Positions 26,801 through 38,800 of a stretch of 64,000 bases of DNA are shown here, one piece after another. This DNA comes from Raillietiella orientalis (Eukaryota). Under the pieces are notes generated by a model. The model had not been told where the DNA came from. It made no database searches and saw only the letters and a program-made list of their open reading frames with translations. The stretch covers positions 868,001-932,000 of the forward strand of contig JAYWIR010000055.1 of the NCBI GenBank assembly GCA_036172245.1. The letters are read 5' to 3'. Made by a program: the position numbers and the translations under genes. Every line of letters begins with the position of its first letter. Within the stretch, counting starts at the first letter, position 1.

Positions 26801-29800
26801 AGGGGAACCCGCGCCGTGGGCGAGACGAAGACTACGGTCACCGTAGGCATGACCGACGACTGGAACGCTGCGCTCGCTCCGAGGAGGAAGTTTACGGGCA
26901 ACCGAGCTGGCGTGATCCTCCCCTCCTTTCTGGTTACGGGGTCGGAGGGGGTACCCTTCACGGATCTCGTTTCCGCTTTCACGCTGGCTTCCTGGACTCG
27001 CGCTTCAAGACCCTGTGGGCCGGGGACTTCTCGTCCAGCCTTCTCCCCTATCCCTCCGTCTGCTCTTCAAAGTGCGGGGCTGCAGGAATCTCCGATTTTC
27101 CAGACAAGGAGATGCCCGAGCGCTCTCCTGGAGATGGGAGAGACCTGGAGGAATAAGAAGCGCCCTTCTCGGCCCCCTTCATCCCTCTTTCCTTCCCGCT
27201 TGCATCGGCTCGGGAGCGCTTTCGACCCTTTCGCAGAAGGAAGGCCCTCCATAGCTGTGACTGCTCTGGGGATCCCGCCAGAAGACTTCTGGGATCCCTA
27301 CATCCTCCCCCTTTCTGAATCTCCCGCGCGTCTCCTGGATCTCGGCTCTGGCGCTCAGCTTCTTCACCACACCGAGAGCCCTTCCCCTCTCCCGGAGGGT
27401 CTTCTAGGTCACCATGAGCACCTTTGGTCTGGCACTTTCATAGGCGAGTTGGGCGGTCCCGGAAAGCTCGAACAGCTTCCGCGGGAGCGCCACGAGGGCG
27501 AGGAAGGCGTCACCTGCGCTCGCACCCATCGTCTACTTTTGCTTCCCTTCTACTTCCGCCTGCGTCTCCATTTTCTCCCTTTTTCTCCCTCTTCTCTGTA
27601 AGTGGATGCTCTCGGGGGCACGAGGCTCTTTCTGCGCGTCGGAGCTCTCCCGATGCTCCACTCATTTTCTGCTCTGCCCTCCTGCGGCTGCCAGGCGTCG
27701 GTTGCCAAGATCATGGCCCTCGAGCGGGGCCATGACCTTAGCACATCGATTCCCGCAGCCCTTCTTCCGTTCTCACCCCCTCCGAGAGGGCATTCGTCCT
27801 GGCGGCTCGGCGATTCTCCTTCCGCTCCTCTCCTCCCCCTCGGCACCTGGCGGAGTATCCGTCCAGCGGGGAAGGGGATCCCCCATGCTCCCCCTTTTCT
27901 TGCACCCTCCCAGAGACTGCAGCCGATCGTAGACGACGCATCCTCATCTGAGAGGCTCTGTCATGTCCTGGAAGGATGCTCGGTGACCCGCGAACAGCCG
28001 TAGAGATCGGATGCTCTCTCGGTGAGGCTTCCCTTTCGCGTCTCCTGGGACGGCCACCGCCCTCATGCGAGGGAGCAATGCTCATGGAGGAACTCAAGAC
28101 GGAATAGAAGGAGAGATGCCGCGCGCGCCTGTGACCAGGGAGGGGAGCTGTCTTCCGACTCCGCTCTACGTTTCGCGGTGGACTGCTCTGCCCGTTCAGT
28201 AACAGGAAGTTCTCCTCCCTTACAAGGAGTCCACCTCGACGTGAGGGTGGTGGCCATGACCACCTTCGGCAGCAAAGACCTTGCGCTATGGAAGCGCAAG
28301 CGGTGCGCGCGTCTTGGGGACGATACCCTCGCCATAGCTCGTCGCGGCCGCAGAGCACGCTGCTGAGACCTGCTGGCGCATCCACTCGGTCACTGTCGCG
28401 CCCTGTGGAGGCTTGAAGAAGTACCTGGAGCGCTTTCTGGGAGTTCCTTCCTCAGTCTCGAACCACTCCTCATCTTCCTCTAGGAGAGCAGCTGGCTGAT
28501 CCTGGATGAGGATGGCGAGTGCATGAGTCCAGCGGTAAAGGAAAAGGGAAAGAGGCGGGCGGGAAACCCCAGAGAACACGTGGCGCCCGGGTCGGGGTGA
28601 TGAGTGCCGGCGAGGGCGTGCCGAATCGCGGGCTCCTGACCCGCGTCAGCATCCCCTCTCATTCCGTGCCCTTCCGGATGGGCCGCGGACGAGAGGGCGT
28701 TGCGACCCTGGCGGCTTGAGGTCCTGTCCTATTCCTAGCGGCGCTTTTGCGGGTCCTCAAGAGGTCCTCTCTTCGCCTATGTTCCATCCTTCCCTATCCT
28801 TCTTCCCTCCCATCTTTTTATCCCGATGGTAGAACCTGCTAGCCAAGACTGGTGACCGGGGTCTCCTTCCGGGAACATCTCCTTTTCCTTCTTCGGCATG
28901 GGTGGCCGCACAGACCCGATGTACATCGCGTCACACGTCAGCGGCCATCCTCTTCAAATTGGTCAGCGTCCACTTCTCTGTCCCCAGTCCACAGCATCTG
29001 TTCGACGGTGCCTTTGTCCAGCCTCTTCCCTCCTCTCCACTTTCTCTCCCCCTTTTTTCTGGAGCCGCCGCCCTTTTCCTGCATCCCGCATGGATCTTCG
29101 CAGAAACCGCGGGGGATGTGTATCCGCAGTCTCCCAAGAGACGGCTCTCCCTGATCGTTCCGTTCCCGGTTCCAGAACTCCGGAGGAACTCGCGCTTGCT
29201 CTTTCCCCCCATCCCGAAATTCCGTCGCGGAAAACCCAGCAGTGGGTCCTCGGGATTGTTTCCTTGACGTCCCATTCCTCACGAAAGGGAGCTCGACAGC
29301 GCCTCCCGCCTCACTCGCCTCCCTCCGATCGAGGGATTAGCATCTCTCCCCGATCCAGGCTCCCGATGCGGCCCGATCGTTCCCCTCTTTCCTTTTGCTT
29401 GATGCTCTTCTTCCCTCCTGAGAGGCTCCTGGAGGGAGGGCGCGCGGCGGCTACCTCTTCCATCTTCCCTTGCTTCGGGGATCATCTCCTGGGACTTTCT
29501 GCCCTCCCTAAGGGAGCTCCTCCAGTTCCGCCGAATTGCAGAAGCATCACGAGGAGCTCCGTCGAACGCCGGACCCCGGGCTTAAACAGTGGCGCTTCAG
29601 CTGCTGCCTGCCCGGGTTCAATACACTGACTCGCGTGGGGGGAGAGAGGGATGCCGTGTCCAGCTCACCGACGTCATCATCGCCGCGGCCAGAAACTCCC
29701 CATTCTGTCCGCCGCTCTTCGACCGCTCGAAGGCTCTCGGCTTCTCCCGCCGTCGAGCGGAGGCGGAGGCTGGAGAGGGTATCGGAGGCTAGAAGAAACA

Positions 29801-32800
29801 GGCGTCCACCTCCTCTGATGCCGTCTCGGAAAGGTCAGCTGATTTCCACATGCTCGAGGAGATGGCAGGAAAGACGCCCGTAAGAGCGTGCAGGAAGAAA
29901 CCCCGGCGTCCTCCACGGTCAGCACTAGTGGGGTTCGCAGCATCCCCAGAGACCCAATCACCGGGGAAGGAGGGATGAAAAAGAGGGAAGAGGAAGAGGG
30001 ACGCATTCCGGTGGTGACTGCGCGTCTATGGGCATGCGCTGATCTCAGGAAGGGAGGACACAGGACCCCGTGAAGTCCTCTGGAGAGAACGGTCCGTGGT
30101 GATGGAGCATCGACAGGCAAAGAAACACTGGGACGGAGGCTTGTGAGGAGAAAGAGGAGAGGAAAATGGGGCCGTGAGGACGATATCGATCAGCGCCCTG
30201 CGGAGCCTCGTTCCTTCAAATACTCCGCTTCGTTGGCACGCAATCGGCAAGGTGGGTCGTAGGGAGGGAGATGGTTTTGATAGGCAAAAAAGAAGAGAAG
30301 GACTTTCTGACAGGGCCAGTAGGGGGGCGTCTGGGGAGAACAAGGCAGCCCTTCTGCCCGTTAGGAATGCACGAATCGAAGGCGCTGCGGTAAGGAAGAT
30401 CACGTCGGGGACCGTGGAGGCAACAAGGTGACAGTGGAGGGTAGGGGTCGAGTTTGTGGTGAGGACTGGGGCGCAGTTCCGGAGGAGTGCAACCAGCTGC
30501 CGGAACCGCTGTTTGGGAGCGGCTGTCTCCATCCCTCCACCGGAATTTGCAAGAGGTCAAGGGACTGCAGCACCGGTAACCTCTCCTCGGGAAAGAGAGG
30601 TGCAGATGACCACCTGAGGCGCAATGTTCCCGCCAGATGGCGAAACTGTCGGTCAGGAGAAGGAATAGCCGGAAACCAGCCGTGTGAACATCTTCGAAAG
30701 CTGGACAGGGAACTCTGGATCGGCAGGAGATTCGTTCTGGGGAAAAGGAGAAAGGCGAGAAGAAGGAGAGGGACCGCCGACCCCAAGAGTACCATGGAAA
30801 AGTGCAAGCTGAATCTGAAAATGGCGCCGGGAGACCCGAATCGTTGTGCGGAAGGAGCAAGGAAGGGGTCAGATTGGTGGCGTGAACGGAGAAGGAAGGA
30901 CTACAGCCTCACAGCCGATCCTCTGGGGATCGACAGTGCCGGGGGAAGAGCTGCTTGAAGACTCAAGACCCTTCGGAGAAGCAGCAGTGCTCCAAAGAGA
31001 AAGATCTAGGGAGAGCCTGAGAAGGGACAGGCTCTCCGAAGAAGCTGCTGATGCTGCTGCATCGAGTCGCGGGGTGGGTGGAAGTAAGAAGTCGGGAGTT
31101 CCTCCTGCACTGCAGGGGGGTTCAGACCGAGGTCACCTTGTTGGACTCCTTGTCACTTGATCCGCCAACACGAGCTATTCTTGTATGGTTCACACGCGGG
31201 ACCACAAAATGGCATTTCGTCTCGAGCAGGGTCGTCGGTGGCCAGGTCATCCCTGTGGATGGCGTCCCTTTTCGGGAGACATGCTCGAAGCGCCACCGGA
31301 GAAAACGCCCCTCTTTGGATGCATGGAGGCGCGCTTCCAGGATTGTGTCTGAGAAGGTGGCAGCTCAAGAGGCTGAGGAGAGCCGACTGGAAACGCCGCC
31401 AGAGAGCGGCAGCAGCTGACCCTCGGAAACTCCGCGTGTCTTTGCGCAGTCCTGAGGTCCTTTGTCTCTGGGAACGGTTTGGGGGACCCAGATCTCGGCC
31501 TCATCACCCATCCTGATGCGCGGCCTACCTTCTCTCCAGGCTTGAGGAGGTCCCCCGCACAGTTGTTCCACCTCTTCCAAGGGTTCTGGAAAAGTCAACC
31601 CGGATGAACTCTTCGCAGGAAGTTTTCAGCGGCTCTGCATGACGGCCCATCCGATGATGCCGAGTCGATGCTTCACGGGTCCACGTCTGCGGGAGGCGAA
31701 TTCGTCAGCAGCACCTTCTTCCTTTGTTATTAAGTGGGTGAAAAAGCCTTGCGAACGAACAAACGGCTTGAGGGTCGAGGGGGTCGTCTCCAAAAGGCTC
31801 CCCAAAGGTTTCTGGGCGGAAGAAGCACTATCGTGGGAGGAATGGCATCCGTGACGGCCACCTCTTCCGCTTTCTTCGCTCCCTACTTTCCGTTAATCGC
31901 CTCTTGAAGGTTTGCGTCAGACGAAGAAGCGAGCGCCACTCTCGGGCCGAGCCGCGTTCTTAAGGCCCTCATTCGCTGAAGAGAAGGTCGGAACCTCTTT
32001 GTGTTTTGCGAAACCTCGTCTCGAACTGAACCCGAGGAACTTCGTCCAGCCTCTCCAGTGATTCCGGTGATCTCTTCAGTTGCATGGGTAGGGTTCCTCC
32101 GACTCAGTTGCTCCCGTTGACCTCGCGCTTGCATCGCCCGCGACCGCCAGAAATCAAAAGGTCACCGCCGAGATGGAAAGTCCTTTTGACACGAACTCGG
32201 CAGCTTCTTCAGCGACCCCACGGTTCTAAGGGATCGACACGAGAAGCAGAGCACCCCTCACCGCGAAAGAAAGAGAGGAAAAGAGGAGAGAAAGAAAGGT
32301 TCTTTAAGCAACAGTGGGACATCTGTCCGCTGCTGCTACTCTTCGAAGGCTGCATCCGAAAGGGACGGCAAGCCACCTTTGCTCCTAAAAGACCATCAAC
32401 TCAAAGAGTGTGGAATCTTCCAACGCAGCGATCGATGGGCTTCGGAATTCTTTCGCCGCGTCGTCGACCAGCAGCCGCCTGCCTTGGGCGCGGCGATCAG
32501 ATTTCATAATCCCACCATCCATCACAATGGATGCTGATGACTGGAGCTGAGTTTGCTACGTCTTCCTGCTGCACGGTGCAGAGTGACGCGAAGTTCGGCA
32601 AGTCAGCGCGTTTGCCAGCTTGAGACAGGGGAATTCCGGGCTGCGAGCTTCTGATTGCCCCGCCGAGGCGCGGGAGATCCCGTTTTCCGGAATAGACGCA
32701 GTCTGCGCGCTCGGGAAGCGCCCGCCTCCTTGCGAGGGGAGGGGCACAAAGCTCCCCTCCAGCACCGTCCATGCCACCTGAGGAAGTACGTCAAAGTACG

Positions 32801-35800
32801 TCACTCCCCAGGCTGTATGTTTCCCGGATTCACAGGATGATCCAGAGGGACCACCCGGTGAATCCGGGAAGGCTCCGGAAGAAGGAATCCGTTTCTCTCT
32901 TACCTTGGTAGGAGTGCCCGAAGGGAACCTCTACCCGCTGGTTGTTTCCGGAGAAAACTCTGAAAGGGAAACCCATCTTTCTTGTTCACTCCGGAGGGAC
33001 CATCCGATTTGTGGGGACTCACAAGGGATTAGATCCTTGTTCCCTCCTCCTCTGGAGAGAACTCCGAAGGGATGCTCCCCAATTTTACTGGAGGACGGTC
33101 CCCGAAGGTAGCAGCGCACTCCTTGACACTCTGCAAAGGCGACCCTTCGAAGGGGGTATCAACCAGTTCTTTTTTCTAAACCGAAGGGGAGGAACCCTGA
33201 AAGTCTCCTCGATGTCCCGGAGGGACCCTGGAGAGAGGATCGGCTTCCGATCCGGGCCAGTCAACAAAGCTTCCACCAGTGCCGCCGCACCCGAAACCAA
33301 CCGAAGCCAACCGGCGTCATCCTGTGGGAAACCTGCGACACACAACTCACTTCTCAGCGTCGACCCTTCCCCCATGTGGGGTTTGCATCCGCGACGTTTG
33401 GTGCCACGCGCGCGGGTACAGCAGCCCTACGGCGGTCGCCGCCGTGAACGTCGGCGCTATTGCCCTCGGGCGAAAGGTGCTCGAGGCTGCGAAGTGCTCC
33501 CGGAGTCCTATCAGGCAAGGCTCCGTCGGGCGATTTGGCAGCTCGTCCGTTAGAGTGGGAGACCCAACTGCAGCATGCGGAAACTGCAACGCTCTCCGAG
33601 CTCGACCTCGATGGTGTCTTCTGGACGCTTGTAGGGGCTGGCAGTCACTTTGCCTCTCCCTGGCCGATTCCCAGTGATGTTTTCCACATTTCTCGCTCAG
33701 AACTGTTTCCGATCATCGTTTCCTCCCCCTCCCTGCCGCCCAGCAGATTTCTTGCATCCGAGGCGTCTTTTCGGCGCTGACTTGCATTCGAGGGGCGGTT
33801 CTCCCGCGAAATTGCTTGCGGCCCGCCTGCCCTCCTCGGCACCGACGGAGAGCAGGTGCCAGAGCGCTGAGCCCGCGGCCAAATGTACGCGACGTGCCGC
33901 CCTGCTCGCCGACAGCTCCTCCTCCTGCGGCCGGGAAATCCGCAGACGAAGTTTCTCGCGCCGGACTGCAGCTGGCAGAATCCTCCTCTGCAGGGTGACG
34001 CACCTGCAAACGATTTGGGATGTCTCCTCCCACAATCCAGGACCCACAGCCGGCTTCCAGGGTGCATTCCGGTGACTCAAGGTTCTCGCGTCGCTGCCGG
34101 CAGCCGCGCGACCCGGCCCGTCCTCCTTGTCTTCTGAGCACCGGTCAGCACACTGGTCCAAAGAACCCGCTGGGTTCCAGCCTCGCCCTGACCAAAGCCA
34201 TCGCAGCGGAAGCCCCCTCTGCTCGGATGACGTTCGAGCAACCCGGCGCCTCTCTGCCAGCACGACGGGACGGGGAGCCACTGCCGTGCCAACGGGACAT
34301 TCGCCGGCCCGCGTGGTCGCGAAGGACCGCGTCTCGGGTGAGGTGTGAGGTCGCCTGCGCTCCGAGAAGGGGGCGATCAGCTTCGATCGGCTTTGGCGCA
34401 ATCGGCTCAATGGAACCGCCGGCAATATCCAATCCAAATGCCCTGCGGGAGAAGCGTCTCCGAGGTTTCCCGCTTTTGCAGTCTCCGGGATAAAGCGACG
34501 TGATTTTCGTTTATCGCTGAGATTATTGGCACCGCGGATTGGGCGGCGCGGCCACCGGTACGCACGGGAGATGAATAAAAGATGAAAAAATCCTCCAGCA
34601 CTCCGTTAAGTGCTGCCGATCCCGCGAAGCATCCCGAATGGATGCATCGATTATTTTCTAAGCGTGCGCCATCCTTCTGACGCGAATGTCTTCGCCCTGA
34701 GACACCAATCCGCACGGAGTTCCCTGAAGAGGTGGCCTCAAGCCCACCAGAAGTCTATTCGATCTCTGAGCGTCCATCGCGACATAGTGCCGAAGAAGAA
34801 GAGGAATACGAGTCCGTTTGGCGGAGTCCACTCGGGAAGGAGGAGGGTGGGCAAACGAGTGGAACAAGGGGAAGGAGGGCGTTTGCTTGGTATCGCAGGC
34901 TGCAGCAGCAACCGTGCTCCGTGGACTCTCTCCCTGACCCTTGGGGGAAGTTGCGCTTCGTGTTCTCAATCCGGGCTGGTCTCACCGGGTGATCAGCTCT
35001 CACCATTTGGAAAGGAGAGGTCGCATGCGCTTCTGGGATTTGATGGCATCCGAAGATCCCCTGTGACCTTCCCTAGAAGTTGGACTCAGTCCATCCTCGT
35101 GCGGTTCACATGCTTCCTCCACCCAAGTGGAGACTCAGCTGCATCGGAAGTCGAAGAGGGACCGAAAATGTGAAGCGCTATACTGGTTCGTGTGGCTTCC
35201 GCGATGGTTCAAAAGGTCTTGGAGTCCCCAGAGATGAATAGTCTCCTCGGAAGGCATTCCATTGTGGAGATTCGTGGACCTCGGCTGGGTTTCGCTCAAG
35301 TTTCTGCAACTTAGTGAGGCTGAGTACCACACAAGGAGTCGTGCATTTCACATTGTCCTCCCGGAGAAGTGGAATAAGAAGAGATTCGTTTGAGCTCAGC
35401 TGCAGCACCCCTGGAATAGGGGATCACTTCACACACGAAGGGAGCTGCATTCGGAAAGAAATAGACGGGGGGAGGCTCCAAACTGAGATCTTCCATAAGC
35501 AGCTGCTCGATACATGTACAGCCGAAGCGTGTACCTCTACGGATGCTCACGCGAGCATCACAAGGAAGCTTCTATGAACTGGAAGGAGTCCCGTGCATGC
35601 CGGTAGGAGCCTCAGTGGCAAAAGAGTGGGAAGACCAGTGGTGGCGAAGGAGGTGCAACAGCAGGTGAGAATTTACCTTCTGTGCAGGGCGCGAGAAGGA
35701 ATATCTGGAAGAGCTTCAGGCTAGGAAAGCCTTCCTTTTGGTGTCGAAACGGATTGTAAGGATGGTGAGGGAAAAAGGTGGTTCTCAGCAGGCCTGCCTA

Positions 35801-38800
35801 ACGATGACTGCCTTGCTTGTCCTCTTCTAGAACGGATGGCTCCTATAGCACCCCTTTAGTTCCGAAGGAGGTCAACTGGTGTGCGTTCGTGTTAAGTAAG
35901 GGGGGAGGGAAGCTGGAGACCACCACCGTGACGGTCGGTTGTTTAGATCAGTGCTGACCGCTGGAACGTTCCCCTCGTTTTCGGTCTTTGACCTAGTTTC
36001 CCTGTGTTCACTAGGCGAGGACGCTGGGAAGAGAGCCGAAGATGGAAGAGAATCTGCGTCGCATCGAGGTGGGGAGGCGGAAGGGTAGTGAGGATCTCCT
36101 ATGCGCGGTCCTCTTTCGCCTCCCAAGCCAAGAGGTGAATTTCCGGTACCTTGTGCCGCCGAGGCAACATGCCGCTCTCGTGCTCCCTTAGACAGCGGGA
36201 TGCCTCGAGACTGTCAGGCGAGTTGACTGGCGACGGCACAACACAGGAGCGCTTGTAGATGCCACGCTAGTGGGATGTGCTGACGCGTTGCTAGGCGAGG
36301 GTACGGAACAGATGGTGGTGGTAAACCACGTTGTTCTGGGTATCTCGTCTGGGAAAACTCGGTCGTTTGGAGCCACGCTGCCTCTTCGTGCAGGGAGCGA
36401 CCCTCGCAGTTTCCTCCCTCTCGTTCTTCGACGTCACCATCGGAGGACCCAGTGGACCATCAAACGAGAAAGAGCGAGCGCAAGCGGAATGGCTTAACGC
36501 GTTTTCTCGATGGGGGATTCCTCGGGTTTTTCGGACGTTTCAGTGGACTCTTCGCGGTTCCAGAGAAAAAAGTGCCGAGGTCCCAGGTGCTCAGCGCATG
36601 GGGCCCAAAGAGGCAGCTGCTATATACAGCGAGATGGCTTTTCTTTCATGTTACGTCCACCTCTCCTCTCCCATCTCCTCGCGTCCCGCTCGTTTCTTTA
36701 GCTGCGAAGCAGATCTCTTTCATTTCCTCCTCAGCAGAATTTCCTGGTTCCTTCCTGAGGTTCCACTTTTTACTCCCTGCTTCCTTCTGCTCGTTTCCGG
36801 GTCCGAAAATCCCGTTGGTAATCTCCGTGCTCCTGGACCAGTTGGTTGGTTGCCAGCCACAGCCACTAAGATAATCGCCCGTAATAAAAAAAAAAAAAAA
36901 AATTGATTTCCGGAGATCTTCGAGATAATTGGTATTTTGAAAACACCTGACGACACCAGCGATGCCGGATATCGGAGACAGAGATGAATTCAGGAGGATG
37001 ATATTTCCTGATGGGGAATTCCCCGAACCGCGTCGGGGGAGGGCAGAACAAATTGGCTGCTCCGGCGCGGTCACTTTTCTGTCCCTCGGACGCGTGATGG
37101 AATGCGGTATTTCTGGAGCGGAGAGAACAAATTGGATGTCAATCCAACAGGAAGCGAGCGCCGCGCAGGCTCCGCTGCCATCCGCGCAGCCCCGTTCCTC
37201 TCAGAATTGATGCTTTCCGCAAGCCCGAGTGACCCGGAGCGCCTCATCTATAGATCCGGCTACAGGAGTCCTCCGGGCTCGCGTGAGCGTCACTTGGACA
37301 CCGCCGTACCGAATAAGCTGCAAGAAGACCGAAATACCCGCGTCGCACTCCCGGCCGTCCTTGTTCCCGCGATGGAACATTCGGGATTCATCGGCAAATG
37401 CAGCCTCCTCTCGTGATTTACAGCGCTTGGACTGCGGTTGCCACGCGACGGAGAATTTCCGGATGCCCAGTTGTGCGCCGTCCGTTCAGCGTGATGGGAA
37501 TGTAAAGTTCGATCGTTGCTAAGGGGAGGGAGCGGGGAGGGGAAACGAAATTGGGCAGCTCCGTCGAACATGCCGAAATGACCATCATCAAAGTTGGCTC
37601 ATGAAGCGAGTGCCTGGCATCTGATGCCCTGAGGACCCAGAAAGAGCTTCTCATTCAGGGAAAATCCTTCCGCACACAGGGAACGCCGCTTCTTGAGCAG
37701 GCAGGCTGCGATAGGCGCCTCATCCTCGAGGCAAATAACAGCGAAGCGAACCCTTCGCTGAACGGACCGTTTTCCTTCTTCCTCCTCCGTTCCCCTGTAA
37801 CCGAAGGCTCAAGGCATGGATGCTATTTAAACACCAATGAGCTTCGTTATCTCTCTAACCTGCTGGATGACGATGCTTCAAGAAAGAAAATGGAAGATAC
37901 GTGCTCCATGCGCAATGGGAGCACGAGTGGGAGCAACCTAATCCAAGATCATGAAGTTAGGAATAAATAGGGCGCATGGAAAGCGCGCTACGATAAGCAG
38001 TGGGAGAGGAGACGAGCTTCCGAGATGTGCCAAGCGCGCACGTCAGGCAACCATCGACCTGAAAGGAAACTATGATCATGAGAGCACCACTGATGATGGG
38101 ATCCGCAACGCGGTCCACCTCGCTTACAGTCAGTAGCGACCGTTGATTGAAACAGCGGATGGAAACAGGGGAAATCAGGCGGAAGTTCCTCTTGTCCCAG
38201 AGACAAGGTCGAGGGAGGTCGGCTTGCACAACTAGTCATTAGCACACATGCAAAGCCTTCCCACGAGGACTGACCGACCAGTGCTGTGGACTCAGGTCGG
38301 TCTTACCATCAGAGACAGAGGGTGTGCTTGTTTCAGATATCTAAAAGAGCGTTCCTATGACTGGAAGATCATGTGGGTTACCACCGCCTCAGGGATTTGT
38401 ATTAAGTCTTTTAAGTTATTTTTATTTTTATTTTTAAAAAAAGAGGTTCTTGGAGGAATTCTGGAGGATCGTTTGGAGCACAAAGTCATGTCCCCTGGAC
38501 TCCATCCTGCCATGTTTCGCTTCCCGGTAGTTCCAAACGAAGAACAAGCTGGCCACGTCCAGAAGCTCGTTCCGGGAGGAGTCACATGATCAACGCGAGG
38601 AGAAAACCGTTTAACTCGAGGTGCTCTCCTTACGAAGCTGCTCCTTTGTCTCTATGAGTGACAAAGGCGGCGGCAAAGAACTCTTCCAGGAGGAGGCGTG
38701 GGGACAGCAAGGGTGCTCCCGCCTGGATTTTTCACCTCGGAAGGAACAGGAGTCAGTTTTCGCCAGGAGCTCAATGTAAACCGGCAGGAGTCCTCGTGGC

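Noticed and set aside
26693..27601. Remainder of the 343-aa ORF 26570-27601
   Set aside because: Ig similarity ends exactly at the GTAAGC donor at 26693; the rest is intron read-through.
28286..28579. Minus-strand ORF (ILIQDQPAALLEEDEEWF...) as an exon of a nested gene
   Set aside because: No convincing acceptor or partner exons. It faintly resembles the QDNAxxH...WF part of Tc1 transposases but is too weak to call.
37497..37507. miR-1-like word GGAATGTAAAG
   Set aside because: Only 11 nt match, the 3' half differs, and no precursor hairpin is apparent.
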